Origin: a virus
Taxonomy: Duplodnaviria; Caudoviricetes
Direction: 5' to 3' (one strand)
Virus record (IMG/VR): IMGVR_UViG_3300037183_000125
Coordinates: 32,001 to 96,000 of that record
Length of the DNA: 64,000 nt
Shown: piece by piece, positions 1 through 10,414 of the stretch
Layout: each line of letters begins with the position of its first letter
How positions within the stretch are numbered: position 1 is the stretch's first letter
Notes under the pieces: model-generated
Seen by the model: the letters and a program-made list of their open reading frames with translations, nothing else
Database searches by the model: none
What the model was told of the DNA's origin: nothing
Translations under genes and position numbers: made by a program

Positions 1-506
1 GAACAACCGGGATACTGGCTCGAGGACGTGCCGCCGTGGGAAGAGCCGCCAGAGCCGCCAGAGCCGCCAGAGCCGCCAGAGCCGCCAGAGCCGCCAGAGC
101 CGCCAGAGCCGCCAGAGTGTTGACCTCCGCCCGAGTCCAAAGCTCCACCATGTGCATTTTCTTCCCCGGATGAACCAGAAAAACCTGTAGACCCCGAAAG
201 TCCTCCGAGCCCGGCGGTGACGACGGACGCTCCGGACGCTCCGGACGCTCCGGACGCTCCGGACGCTCCGGACGCTGAAATGAAGATCGTGTCCCCTGCG
301 GACCCTGCGGACCCTGCGGACCCTGCGGACCCGGAGTCCCCGGAGTCCCCGGAGTCCCCGGCCTCCGTTAAACCGACATCGCGGCTTCCGGCCGCGATGT
401 CTGATGCTCCGGCGTCTCCAGTCTTAGAGAAAGCTGTGTCCGGAGAAAATCCGTTCCCGGTGCAAGAAATTGGAAAAACCAAAAATAGGAGAATCTGTGA
501 TCGCAT
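1..506 (-). CDS. Putative lipoprotein with Gly/Ser-rich low-complexity linker (partial, runs off the left edge)
   Basis: Not in the ORF track; translated by hand. ATG at 506 with AGAGGT SD-like sequence upstream. Protein MRSQILLFLVFPISC-TGNGFSPD...GDSGDSG SAGSAG..ASGASG..(SGG)8..YPGC. Basic N-terminus, hydrophobic core and Cys15 resemble a signal peptide II/lipobox. No stop before position 1. Confidence 0.7.
   Translation of the reverse strand, partial: MRSQILLFLVFPISCTGNGFSPDTAFSKTGDAGASDIAAGSRDVGLTEAGDSGDSGDSGSAGSAGSAGSAGDTIFISASGASGASGASGASGASVVTAGLGGLSGSTGFSGSSGEENAHGGALDSGGGQHSGGSGGSGGSGGSGGSGGSGGSGGSSHGGTSSSQYPGC
42..360. repeat. Four adjacent 9-bp tandem repeat arrays (in-frame VNTRs) in the lipoprotein gene
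   Basis: AGAGCCGCC x8 (42-113), GGACGCTCC x~6 (~225-276), CCCTGCGGA x4 (~294-329), CCGGAGTCC x3 (~331-360). They encode SGG, ASG, SAG and GDS repeats. Confidence 0.95.
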
Positions 507-552
507 CTTTGAACCTCTTCAGGCTGGTAAAAGACCGTCACAAATACTTACG

Positions 553-3500
553 TCACTGAGCGTTGTTGAAGTCAGAATTCAGGAACGCGTTATTGTGCAT
601 ACACCTTGACCCGGGCGTCCACAGGTACCCGTTCCCCAGGGAGGCGAACGATCCGGTCTGACCGGAGTACCCTGTCTCCAGACCGAGTGCCATGATGGTC
701 AGGGGGGTGATGAAGCTTCCGGAGGACGGCAGGTTCACGTTCGAGCACTGGCAGGAGTTTATCTTTCCCCAGACATAGCCTATGTTATCGAAGCAGTTAT
801 TCCCGTATACGGCGGCCGCCGTCGGGAAGTGCGTAGAACCGATGTCCCTAACGTTTATCTGGATTCCGTTATACTGCCCCGAAGACGGAATGTTGTTTCG
901 GAAAACATTATTGTCACGAACGATGACAGAAGCACTGGCTGAAGACGAGGTGTTGTTTGTCGAAACCTTGATACCCCCGTTCCCCGCGGCGTTCCCGCAC
1001 AGGCTAACCGTGCAGTCAACTATGGAAACAGGAGAGTTCACGGTCTGAAGTGAGAGAACGATCCCGTTGTTGTGTGTGGAGTCTACCTTGACGTTCCTGA
1101 TCGCTATCCCGTCGATTGAGACGTTGGAGGCAGAGGCGATGGCCGATATGCCGTTCGAAAAACCGGCGAGTCCGGAGGACCCGAGTCCGGAGGACCCTAT
1201 GTACCCGTCCTCTATGGTGATGCCCCCGCCTTTCAGCTGAGTTGGCCAAGACCCGTGCCCCGAAACTTCCCTTATGGATATGCCGGGGCCGAAAGTGGAA
1301 GAACTAATAAAGTTCTTGATGGCGAAGTCAGAGAAATGGACGCCAGTCCTTATCCCACTGCTCCCCTCGAACACGACAAACCCCCCGAGGCTGTTTATCC
1401 ACTTTTCCGAAACCTGCCCTCCTCCGTCCATAATCACACCCTGGATGACCGACTCCATGGTCCCGAAAATGTCTCTTACCCACATCCTGGCATTGGTTGT
1501 GGTCAGCAGGTTGGAGGGGGGCGAGACAGAAGGTATCGCGGGCATCGTCTCGAACCCGTCGATCGTCATGTGCTCATACGGAGCGACAAGGAGCTCCGGA
1601 GACCCGCAAAGGTCGATCGTGTTCAAAAAAGACAGGTTCTCGATGACGATGCTGTCTCCGGAGAGGCAGACGAGACCGCCCTGCGTTGAGTTCGAGAGAA
1701 CCTGGTAGTTCCCGAAAAAAGGAAGCATGTTCGACGTAGCAGGACCGTGTATGTTCTGCTGGACGTCGATCGTCACGTTCTTGAAGACGAGAGTCCCCGA
1801 CCCAGGGCTGGATGTCGGCGGTATCCCGATCCCGGCTATCGTTATGCACGGTGACTGCATCTGGGTCGGGGTCGAAAGGCTGTCCGGGAACACAACCCTC
1901 ATGTCCTCGATGCGAACGTTGTCGATCTTCACAGCGAGGTCGGACGTGTAGGACCAGGCCTGGTTCCCCTGCGGGCCGGAGGGGACAACGTTCAGGGCGA
2001 TGAAGGAGACGTTCGAGACGTTGTACCCGACAGACCCGAGGATGACGTCCACGTCGTCGACCTCGAGGTTCTCGATGACAACCCCGACCTGAGTAGGGCC
2101 GTAGGCGTTCTGCGAAGGGACGATCCCGAAAATCCCGGCCCCGGAGCTCGAGACGAAGGTCCTGACGGCCGGAGTGGTGGTGCTGATCCCGGACATGGTC
2201 GCATGTCCGGGCTGAAGATTGCACTCCGTGACGACGACCCTCGATATGGAGATCCTGCTAGAGCTTGTCGAGTCGATAATGCCTATGATGGGCTGATCCT
2301 GACACGAGGCAAGCTTGCAGTTTTTCACTATCAGGCTTTCAACCCTGGGCTGGCCGTTATCGTCCATGACGAAGGTCACGGGGCTGTCAGAGGAGCATAT
2401 GGACGTGCTCCTTGATATCATGACGTACGACGCGTTCCAAATGCCCATGTTGGAGCCAAGGATGCAGTTGTCAACAACTACATACCTGGCTCTTATGAAC
2501 ACGGTCTGGCTTCCGGGCACTGATGTCGAAACAGACAGGTTCCTGAGAATGAAGGAGTTGGTTAGGGACGTGCTTTGTATGGCAGCTATGCTGGAAACCG
2601 TAAGGCTTATGGATGTGGACGGAGAGGAAACGGACGGATAAACTCCCTCCAGGATGACGTCCGAGAACAAACTGAAGTCGACTGTCGACGGCTCCGTGTA
2701 AGAGCCTGGTTTCATGACAATGTGACAAACAGTGACGCCGGAGGCGATCAGATAGTTGACCGCCTGAGAGAGACCGTTCGTCCCGTTGAAGTCTCCGAAC
2801 GTGTTTATTCCGTCCCCGACCGTGACGAAGTGCCTGGCGTTCAGGGAACGGACTACGTTATATCCTGTGATCTTTGATGGAAGAGCGTACGTCTCCCCCA
2901 GCCTCAGGTATTTGTCCGTCGCGGACGTGAGCCTCAGGTATCCGGTCTCCCCGGCCCCTATCGTGTTCACGTCCGATATTCTCCCCTCGTTTGAGCGAAA
3001 AGAGATGGACCTCCCGTCGTTCACACCGAGATAAGACTGATCCGCCGGAGTTGACCCGGACGAGTTGTCCTCTATGGAGACGGCAAGGTTCGATGGCCCG
3101 ACGTAGAAGTTGAACCCTCTTGTTGAGAACTGGTTCGTCGGATCCGCGTAGAAACCCATGAAGGGCTGTTCCGGCAGGTTATTGTTTATCGAAGTCGGAG
3201 TCTCGAACTTGCTCCCTATTACCGCCTGGACTATCTCCGTCGAGGAGAGCCTTACTATCTGTTTCAGAACCTGGTTGTCCGTACCGCCAAATCCGCCGAC
3301 ACCGAGGGTGCCGTCGGCCGGGACGACGACAGGCTTCCCTACGTCGAAGAACCCGCGCCCGGACTGGGGGGAGTACACCTGTCCGTTAAGAACGTTAACC
3401 GGATTGTTCCGCTCGTCAACGTTCGACCCGGACGACTTCGCCAGAAACTTTTGTACCTGGGTGTCGATATCCTCCGGGACGCTCCCGAACTCGAGAACCT

Positions 3501-4917
3501 CCGGAAAACACATGACGGCGTTGAAAGAAGCCGCCGACATGCTGGAGCTAAAATATGGCGCGGGTACAGGCTCATAGTCGGAGACGGAAAAACCGGTGAT
3601 GAGCGTGACCGACAAGCCAAGACGAGAAAGAGATGTGGGGCTCCCGTTTATTGCTATGTCGGGAAGGCCTCCGTTCCCGTACCCCCTGAACACACTGAAT
3701 ATCTCTATCTCGTCCGGGCCGTACTGGCTGGCCACATGAGATCCGCCGTAGAAACCGGGAAGAATACCAAGCGTCTCGAGGCAGGAGTTGCCAGAGTAGA
3801 TTTTTAGCGAAGACGTTCGGCCGTTCGCGTTCGAGCTCCTGATGGCCAGGTTGGGCCCAACAGTCGGGTCAGGATAGGCTATGGCGACAGCCCCGACCAG
3901 AACAGCATTGATCCTGTTTTTTACGTCAGACAGGGACTGTTCCGTCGAGAAGGTGACAACCTGCTGAGATCCGCCGTCGACCTCGACCGTAAAGGAAGTT
4001 CCTGAAAGGCCGAAATAGGGGCTCTGGACAGTCCCGTCGACCCTGGCGTACGGATCTGATATGGACTTTGCAAAGTTGTAAGCGTTGTTTATCTGATCAA
4101 GTACGGTGTCTCTCGTGTACGGCGGTGACGGGAACAAGACCGTGAACCCGATACCGTTCACGTTCACATCGAGTGAGTTAGTGCCGTCCAAAAGCGAAAA
4201 GAAGGAGCCAAAAGACCTGACTTTGGCCCTGGGCGTAATCTTCGCATAGTATGTGACGAGAAAATTCGTGCCGTTGAAAGTAATCTTCCCGACAATCGGA
4301 AGTCCTCCCGGGATAAGCTGCATGAGCTTTCTTCCGAGAGACCCGGAGACATGGTCATAGTATATGAGCTTCCCCCCGTCCGTCACCAAATTCTTCCCAT
4401 CATCGGTCGAGTGCGGGGCAGTTCCGCCAAGACCGTCAAACGACAGGGTTACGACGCCGTCCGTGGGCGCAGAAACTCCGGAGTACGAGCCGGGCGCCAT
4501 CCCGAGCTTCGAGAGTGTGCCAGGCGTCCCATCAGAGAGTGTGATATTTGAACTCGACCCGCTCGTGTGCGACGTGAAAACGAGGTAACCCGCTTTGTTT
4601 GAGGCGAGGGGAAACCCGGCCGCCGCGTTCACGACCAAAGCGACGCGGCCGGAGGTGGTGTCCGTTGATCCGAAGACCACGGAAAACGACGGGGACCCGT
4701 CAACGGAGACAAGTATACTGTCCCCGGGAAGTATTGAGAAGGGACTGATGGTAGAACCGGTAACACGGGCCGGGACCGACTCTTCCGCCCCTCCGGGAGG
4801 GTTCGGGAGGCTAGAGGGGGAGACGGAAGTCGATAAAGACCCGGAGGCCACGGGGTATCGAAGCACCCCATAACGAGTGTTTACGGACTTGATCTGTTGT
4901 CCACGAGGCTGGGTCAT
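553..4917 (-). CDS. Tailspike / tail fibre with C-terminal parallel beta-helix (pectin-lyase-like); probable receptor-binding protein
   Basis: 1454 aa. N-terminal repeated 'IN'-type modules. The segment 'FVTVGDG...GDFNG..GLSQAVNYL....CHIVMKPGSY' is the typical entry into a beta-helix, followed by I/V-x-N/D-C/N beta-helix rungs. Lower GC than the baseplate genes. Confidence 0.75.
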   Translation of the reverse strand: MTQPRGQQIKSVNTRYGVLRYPVASGSLSTSVSPSSLPNPPGGAEESVPARVTGSTISPFSILPGDSILVSVDGSPSFSVVFGSTDTTSGRVALVVNAAAGFPLASNKAGYLVFTSHTSGSSSNITLSDGTPGTLSKLGMAPGSYSGVSAPTDGVVTLSFDGLGGTAPHSTDDGKNLVTDGGKLIYYDHVSGSLGRKLMQLIPGGLPIVGKITFNGTNFLVTYYAKITPRAKVRSFGSFFSLLDGTNSLDVNVNGIGFTVLFPSPPYTRDTVLDQINNAYNFAKSISDPYARVDGTVQSPYFGLSGTSFTVEVDGGSQQVVTFSTEQSLSDVKNRINAVLVGAVAIAYPDPTVGPNLAIRSSNANGRTSSLKIYSGNSCLETLGILPGFYGGSHVASQYGPDEIEIFSVFRGYGNGGLPDIAINGSPTSLSRLGLSVTLITGFSVSDYEPVPAPYFSSSMSAASFNAVMCFPEVLEFGSVPEDIDTQVQKFLAKSSGSNVDERNNPVNVLNGQVYSPQSGRGFFDVGKPVVVPADGTLGVGGFGGTDNQVLKQIVRLSSTEIVQAVIGSKFETPTSINNNLPEQPFMGFYADPTNQFSTRGFNFYVGPSNLAVSIEDNSSGSTPADQSYLGVNDGRSISFRSNEGRISDVNTIGAGETGYLRLTSATDKYLRLGETYALPSKITGYNVVRSLNARHFVTVGDGINTFGDFNGTNGLSQAVNYLIASGVTVCHIVMKPGSYTEPSTVDFSLFSDVILEGVYPSVSSPSTSISLTVSSIAAIQSTSLTNSFILRNLSVSTSVPGSQTVFIRARYVVVDNCILGSNMGIWNASYVMISRSTSICSSDSPVTFVMDDNGQPRVESLIVKNCKLASCQDQPIIGIIDSTSSSRISISRVVVTECNLQPGHATMSGISTTTPAVRTFVSSSGAGIFGIVPSQNAYGPTQVGVVIENLEVDDVDVILGSVGYNVSNVSFIALNVVPSGPQGNQAWSYTSDLAVKIDNVRIEDMRVVFPDSLSTPTQMQSPCITIAGIGIPPTSSPGSGTLVFKNVTIDVQQNIHGPATSNMLPFFGNYQVLSNSTQGGLVCLSGDSIVIENLSFLNTIDLCGSPELLVAPYEHMTIDGFETMPAIPSVSPPSNLLTTTNARMWVRDIFGTMESVIQGVIMDGGGQVSEKWINSLGGFVVFEGSSGIRTGVHFSDFAIKNFISSSTFGPGISIREVSGHGSWPTQLKGGGITIEDGYIGSSGLGSSGLAGFSNGISAIASASNVSIDGIAIRNVKVDSTHNNGIVLSLQTVNSPVSIVDCTVSLCGNAAGNGGIKVSTNNTSSSASASVIVRDNNVFRNNIPSSGQYNGIQINVRDIGSTHFPTAAAVYGNNCFDNIGYVWGKINSCQCSNVNLPSSGSFITPLTIMALGLETGYSGQTGSFASLGNGYLWTPGSRCMHNNAFLNSDFNNAQ

Positions 4918-5035
4918 ACTCTATCGGTCTCCCATGAGAAAGTCAAACAGCCACTTTCTGCGAACGACGGTTGAACAGCTGACAAGCCCAGAACAACCTA
5001 CGACCCATGATCTACCGGAAAGTATTAGAATCGTT

Positions 5036-8000
5036 TCAAAGCAATACGTACCACGAATCCACGATGTCGGTAGACAGTAACGCTGGGTTCGACGTCGACA
5101 CGATGTAGGTCAGGACCTGGCCCGAAGCGCCGCTGACCGTATAGTTCGTCCCGTACGAGATCTTGACACCGTTGACGAAAACCTGGACTGTCAAGGGATC
5201 AAGCGGTCGTTTCGACAGGTTGAAGACGGTCTGTCCGTCCGTCACGACCGGGAGGGTCTCCTGTTCGACCGACGTCAGGTTAATGTCGCTGGAGCCGAAG
5301 AAAATCGGGTCGTCATAAATATTGTTGACGAACAGAGGTGGGTCGTTCGGAACCGCATTGGCGGCGTCTACCCTTCCGCGACGTTTCTCCATCGGCTTCC
5401 CCCACACGCGGTAGCGGTCGAGGGCGGTGAAGCCCTCACCGGCGCCGGAGGCAGAGTGTGCTACGTCCGTGTCCCTGAAGTAGGACGGGACGCCCTGCGT
5501 AACGATGACCATTTGGAGCTCGGAGCCCGGATGGACCTCAATAGAGTTTACCGACTCCGGCTGAGACCGAACAAGGTAGGCCGTGCCAACCAAGACAGCG
5601 CCGACCTCGGCGTTCGGGCGTGCCTTCGGCATCTTGGAGGCGATGACGCCGCCAGGCCACGGCGGGGTGACGGACCACCCGGCTCCGCCGCGGGCCGTCT
5701 TGAAGACGGTGTCGTCGGAGAAGCTAGAGGTCCCGTCGACCTTGACGATGGACTCGCCGCCGACGCCGTTTACGCCTGAAGCCTGTCCGCAGACGAACTC
5801 GGTTCCCTCCCAGGTCGACGTGCCGGGCGGGGTCGGGTTGGTCGGCGCCTCGTACGGCGGGAAGGCCGTCGTACCGAGAGAGATCGCCGCCACGTTGCTG
5901 GAGCTCCGAGTCTGATACAAGGTCTTCCCGGAGAAGTCCTTATCACGGAACCATATGCCGAGCGGGAGCTGCGAGGTGCAGCCCATGAACTCGGGGTTCA
6001 CGTCGCGGTCGAAAACCTCGGAGATGGCGCCGCGGCTGGTCGGCGGTCGTGCGGCCCAGGAGGACGGAAGGACCGGGAACTTCGGGGTCGACCAGTCGTC
6101 GTACCCCACGCGGTTGAGCGAGAACTTCCGGTTGACGTCCACCAGGGTGCCAGGGTAGTCCTCGACGGCGTCCGGGTTCTGCTCCGGAGTGAGGAGTGGG
6201 ATCGGGTTGGAGCCAGAGAGGCGCCCTGACCCGAGGGAAGTCACGAAGTTGATGGCCGACAGGACCTCATATCCGTAGCGGTTCGGGAGGACGAGGTCCT
6301 CGACAGGCTGCAGCGGGTTCTGCCCGATGCTCTGAGCCTCCGAGATGGTGAGAGGCCCGAGACGCTGGACGTCGTCGGAGTACGCCGACTGGCTGCCGAA
6401 GACATCGCCCTGGTAGGGCTGGCGGCTGTAGTAAACCGTGATCTCGTTGTTCGTGGCGTTCAGCGAGAGCGGGGCCGGCGCGATGACGCCGATCTTCTGG
6501 TCCGAGGTCCCGGTGAAAGTGTTCGGCGGAATGGGGAGCGACCCGCCGCCGGAGGTCCGGGCGACGAGGAAGCGGCCGTTGGTCTGAAGGAACCCGCGGT
6601 CGAACCCGAAGATAGTGCATTCGACGAGGAACTCCGAGTTGTCCCACGTTGTCCCGGCCGGTGCTTTCGAGAGGTCGAGCACGTCCTTGTTCAGGACGAA
6701 GAAGATGTCGCCATTGTCGTCCACGTCGAGCAGGAGCGTGGGCCCGTCGAAGGTGTCGTGCAGCAGGTTGACGTCCGTCCCCGCGCCGCCGACGAACACG
6801 CGGTCCGCGTTGAAAGGCGAGGAGGCAGGGGTGGTCGGGTAAGGGCCGGATCCGGAAGTGTTGCGGCGGTAGACGCCGGTGACGCGCGCCGGGCCGTAGA
6901 AGAACGGGAACTGGATGCCCTGGAACGGGCCGCCGTCGACCGACCGGAGCTTGGTGTTCGTGTACTTGCGGCCGAACACGGACGGGAGCGATCCCGTCCC
7001 GTACGTCTCGCCAACCACGGGCGTGACGACGTAATAGCCGGCGCCCGACGGGTATGAGACGAGGTTTCTGTTCCAGTCCGACGTGTCGGTGGCGCCAAAC
7101 GGCCCTTCCTTCGACATGAGAAGGAAGTTCAGGCCCGACGAGAAGCGGGTCGTGCTGACCGGGACGATCGGGACGTGGTGCAGGCCCGGGCGCGGCAGGT
7201 ACTCCGTCGCGACCTCGGCGTAGCGGGCGAGAGCCCCGGTGTAGAACAAGCTAAGCGGGTCGACCACTGGGTGGACAGTGACCGTGCCGTCTTGCGACAG
7301 CTGCGGCATGGCGCCCTGGAAGGTCGTGGCGTTCGTCCAGTTGAGGGATGACCCAGAACGCACTAGAAGTGATGGGACGAGGATCTCCCTGTACGGGGCT
7401 ACGTAGAGGCTCTTGGAGCCCGGGTCGATCATGACCTCAGAAGTACGAGCCAGGTCACGGTCGTGGCCAGTCTGTATCAGAGGAGAGTGCGGCAGATACG
7501 TAGGGACCATCGGATTGCGGTCCGAGAGGCCCGGACGAAGCATTACCCTGCTCGAGTTGGTCGGGTCACCGCGATACTGGACTGCATGGACATAGTCAGC
7601 CTTGTGGGAGAGACCACGGCCCGTCCCGTATTGGACGACGAAGGACACATGCATGACGGTCTTGGCCGCGAGATCCGAGGTGGCGGGCGTCGGGACGGCG
7701 TCGGTGAACTCCTGAAAGAGGGTGTTGACGGTCCCGCTGGCGAGGGTGATGACCATATCACCGTTCCCGTTGATGGAAACAGAGAGGCCCTGTCCGCTCT
7801 TCAGGATCCGGAGGCCGGCAATAGTAACTCCGGCAGGATTCGTCGCGGACGGGGCGGTCGTGAAAGGCTGGTTGCTCGGGACTCCGCCGTTCGGGTCTGT
7901 CGTCATACCCTCGAAGTGGACGATCACGGCGTCCGGATCCTCGGACGGGAGTATGAAGCGGACTTGGTTCGCGTCAGTGGAGGGAAGACCGGCCTGGAAG

Positions 8001-9676
8001 GATGACAGGGAAACGGTAATCTGATCGCCGTTGAACCACCAGGGTACGTTGCCGTTCAGACGGAAGCCGGGCGGATGAGAGGACGGGGCGCCAGTCCACG
8101 CGACGTTCACAGTGTACGGGGTGACCGCCACCTGAAGTGTTGAGTTGAGCGAGGTCGAGTTGGTGGGGACCTGAACGGGGACGTCATAGCGCTCCGAGAT
8201 GGCAGCGTCGGACCATGCTCTACGGTTTCCGTTCGGACCGTCGAGGCGAGATAGTCCTCCGACGAATACGGATCCGTCGGTGACGCGGTCGCCGTACAGG
8301 GCGACAACGCCGGAAGAGTTGGTCGAGCCAAAGCGCTTCCAAGCCGTGCGCAAGTTTCCGCGCATGAGCTCGGTGAGGTTCGTCTTCAGGATACTGTCAT
8401 AGTCGAACTTCGGTGCCACGGAGTGGCGCATATCAAGGATGTCGGTCTTCGTGACCTGGTCCGCATACAGGCCGTCCGGGCGCACGGTGTAAAGGACGAG
8501 GGGCGTGCCTCTCGAGTGCGAACGGACGATTGTCTGAAGCTGTCCACGGTCGATCGTAACTACGAAGGAGCTTGGCGAGGTCTGCGTCACGTTGTTGACG
8601 CGAACGATCTCGTCGTTGATCCTGAAATACGACTCGCCGAACGAGGTCATGGAAGCCAGGACGGTCCCGGTGAGGCTCGTCAGGATGAACTGGACGTCCG
8701 TGTTCGTGATATCGTTCGGCAGGACGATCTGGTTCGGATAAGAGCGCGCCCCGGATCGCGATGTCGCGAGGCTGTTCCGGTTGAAGGCGCCGGCGAGGTT
8801 TCCGACATCCGAGAAACCTGCGCCATTACGGCGGAACACGGAGAATATCGGGATGGCGTAGACGAAGCCGTCGACGGTCCCGAGGGCGGAGGAGTCGCCG
8901 GAGCCCGCGCGCCAGAGGCCTGGGTCGCCGAGCTCATCGCGCATGTTCGTGAACGAGAGCGCGCCGGGCGCCAAGAGAGGGCCTTGGGCGAAGACGAGCG
9001 TCGGGTCGAAGCCCTCCGGATACTGCGCGAGGCCGACGTTCTGGACGACGCGAATCCGGTACTGGACCTGGACACGCTTGGTCGTCTCAAAGTTGACCCT
9101 CGGGTCCACCATCTCGTCAGGCAGGTAGGAAAAGCCGGACTCGACGTTGCCGAAGCGATAGAGAAAGCCGCGCTGAGGCTTGCCTGGTGCTATGCCAGGT
9201 GGAGCCGGGTCGACGTCGATGCGCTGAAGCCAGACCTCAAGAAACACGAACTCGGCCTGGTTTCCGCCCGTGGAAGCGCTTGGCGGGTTCAGGGTTATCC
9301 GGTTCCAGGAGACGGAGTCGTTCGGAGAAAGGGGAGGACTCCCAGTCTGCGTCCCGGCCACGGGGATCATCCATCCGTTGACGTTTGCCCACTCATAGTC
9401 TCCGACCTCGGTGGCGAACTGACGTCCGAAGAACAGCTGGTTCGAATAAGACGGATCGGTCGTGAAGTCGGTCGTCGGTGAAGACTCATTCATCAGCCAG
9501 CCGGACGGTATTTCTGACCGGACCTCGGACGCCTGGGCCTCGAGCTCCAGGAACGAGAGCAAGTTCAGCTCAGAGTCGAGCGGGGGCCTGTTGCCCTGAA
9601 ACACGACAGCTGCATACTGACGGTCCTTCGCGGAGAGAAAGCGAGTGACGATGGGGCCGAGGGGATTGACGGGCAT
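5036..9676 (-). CDS. Large virion structural protein (baseplate/fibre-attachment), DUF4815/DUF6519-like N-terminus
   Basis: 1546 aa, strong GC3 bias. N-terminal 'YAAVVFQGNRPPLDSELN...VFLEVW...ETTKRVQVQYRIRVV'. Paralogous to 10414..13350. C-terminal 'GQTVFNL...VFVNGV...GTNYTV' Ig-like module. Confidence 0.7.
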   Translation of the reverse strand: MPVNPLGPIVTRFLSAKDRQYAAVVFQGNRPPLDSELNLLSFLELEAQASEVRSEIPSGWLMNESSPTTDFTTDPSYSNQLFFGRQFATEVGDYEWANVNGWMIPVAGTQTGSPPLSPNDSVSWNRITLNPPSASTGGNQAEFVFLEVWLQRIDVDPAPPGIAPGKPQRGFLYRFGNVESGFSYLPDEMVDPRVNFETTKRVQVQYRIRVVQNVGLAQYPEGFDPTLVFAQGPLLAPGALSFTNMRDELGDPGLWRAGSGDSSALGTVDGFVYAIPIFSVFRRNGAGFSDVGNLAGAFNRNSLATSRSGARSYPNQIVLPNDITNTDVQFILTSLTGTVLASMTSFGESYFRINDEIVRVNNVTQTSPSSFVVTIDRGQLQTIVRSHSRGTPLVLYTVRPDGLYADQVTKTDILDMRHSVAPKFDYDSILKTNLTELMRGNLRTAWKRFGSTNSSGVVALYGDRVTDGSVFVGGLSRLDGPNGNRRAWSDAAISERYDVPVQVPTNSTSLNSTLQVAVTPYTVNVAWTGAPSSHPPGFRLNGNVPWWFNGDQITVSLSSFQAGLPSTDANQVRFILPSEDPDAVIVHFEGMTTDPNGGVPSNQPFTTAPSATNPAGVTIAGLRILKSGQGLSVSINGNGDMVITLASGTVNTLFQEFTDAVPTPATSDLAAKTVMHVSFVVQYGTGRGLSHKADYVHAVQYRGDPTNSSRVMLRPGLSDRNPMVPTYLPHSPLIQTGHDRDLARTSEVMIDPGSKSLYVAPYREILVPSLLVRSGSSLNWTNATTFQGAMPQLSQDGTVTVHPVVDPLSLFYTGALARYAEVATEYLPRPGLHHVPIVPVSTTRFSSGLNFLLMSKEGPFGATDTSDWNRNLVSYPSGAGYYVVTPVVGETYGTGSLPSVFGRKYTNTKLRSVDGGPFQGIQFPFFYGPARVTGVYRRNTSGSGPYPTTPASSPFNADRVFVGGAGTDVNLLHDTFDGPTLLLDVDDNGDIFFVLNKDVLDLSKAPAGTTWDNSEFLVECTIFGFDRGFLQTNGRFLVARTSGGGSLPIPPNTFTGTSDQKIGVIAPAPLSLNATNNEITVYYSRQPYQGDVFGSQSAYSDDVQRLGPLTISEAQSIGQNPLQPVEDLVLPNRYGYEVLSAINFVTSLGSGRLSGSNPIPLLTPEQNPDAVEDYPGTLVDVNRKFSLNRVGYDDWSTPKFPVLPSSWAARPPTSRGAISEVFDRDVNPEFMGCTSQLPLGIWFRDKDFSGKTLYQTRSSSNVAAISLGTTAFPPYEAPTNPTPPGTSTWEGTEFVCGQASGVNGVGGESIVKVDGTSSFSDDTVFKTARGGAGWSVTPPWPGGVIASKMPKARPNAEVGAVLVGTAYLVRSQPESVNSIEVHPGSELQMVIVTQGVPSYFRDTDVAHSASGAGEGFTALDRYRVWGKPMEKRRGRVDAANAVPNDPPLFVNNIYDDPIFFGSSDINLTSVEQETLPVVTDGQTVFNLSKRPLDPLTVQVFVNGVKISYGTNYTVSGASGQVLTYIVSTSNPALLSTDIVDSWYVLL

Positions 9677-9706
9677 CAGACGGCCTCTTTCATGAGAAAC
9701 ATATCA

Positions 9707-10414
9707 TCACACGCTTGAGTTGTAAAGAAACAACCAGTCCGAGAGCCAGATTGACCCCTGAGTGTTATTCACAAACTTGAGTCTGACATTCGCGCTGGAA
9801 AAAGAGAAGGCCTGGACGACCTCATACTTGGCGGTCAGGACCTTCGACACGGGCGTGAAGGACGGCCCGGCCCCGACGGTCCAAACCTCGACCGTGACAT
9901 CGTCCGGGTTGAAGTCCACGAAGCTCTTGGCGACCGGATCATAGTTGTAGAGAACACGCGGAGGGTCCGGACGGACCGGGATGGAGACGGGCGGCTGTGG
10001 CCCCTCGTCCATGCAGAGTTTAAAGCCATACCAGTGGAAGTAGACATAGGATGTCGTCGTGGAGACGAGCATCGGGTTCGTCCACAGGAACCCGCCCGGC
10101 ATAATGGCCGAACGCTTGTTCGGCCCTATCATGCAGCGGGACGAAAGGACCAGGTCAACATTGAGAAGGTTGATCAGCTCGTCCGAAAGAGCGAAAGTGA
10201 GCTGGCTCCCGCTCGGAACCTGCCGGACAGCAGTCCGGTTTTGTATGCCGACAACCTTCTCGTGTAAAAGCTCGGGGAGCGAGTCCGTCTTGGCCTCGAC
10301 GGAAAGGTCCTGCGGAACGTCGACGACATATCTGCCGGAGATGGAGAAGTCGAGGGGAGGGTTGTGGGCACTTCTCACCTTCCCGTCGAGAGTGCCTATC
10401 AAGAACTTCGCCAT
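9707..10414 (-). CDS. Hypothetical virion protein
   Basis: 235 aa; TAATG-coupled to the upstream gene; beta-rich; lies in the structural operon. Confidence 0.7.
   Translation of the reverse strand: MAKFLIGTLDGKVRSAHNPPLDFSISGRYVVDVPQDLSVEAKTDSLPELLHEKVVGIQNRTAVRQVPSGSQLTFALSDELINLLNVDLVLSSRCMIGPNKRSAIMPGGFLWTNPMLVSTTTSYVYFHWYGFKLCMDEGPQPPVSIPVRPDPPRVLYNYDPVAKSFVDFNPDDVTVEVWTVGAGPSFTPVSKVLTAKYEVVQAFSFSSANVRLKFVNNTQGSIWLSDWLFLYNSSV

Noticed and set aside
42-360. Repeat arrays as CRISPR or iterons
   Set aside because: 9-bp head-to-tail units with no spacers, all in frame within a CDS.
217-609. 130-aa + strand ORF with DAP/DPA/ESP repeats
   Set aside because: Reverse reading of the lipoprotein's VNTRs; the minus frame has an SD, a signal peptide and the operon orientation.
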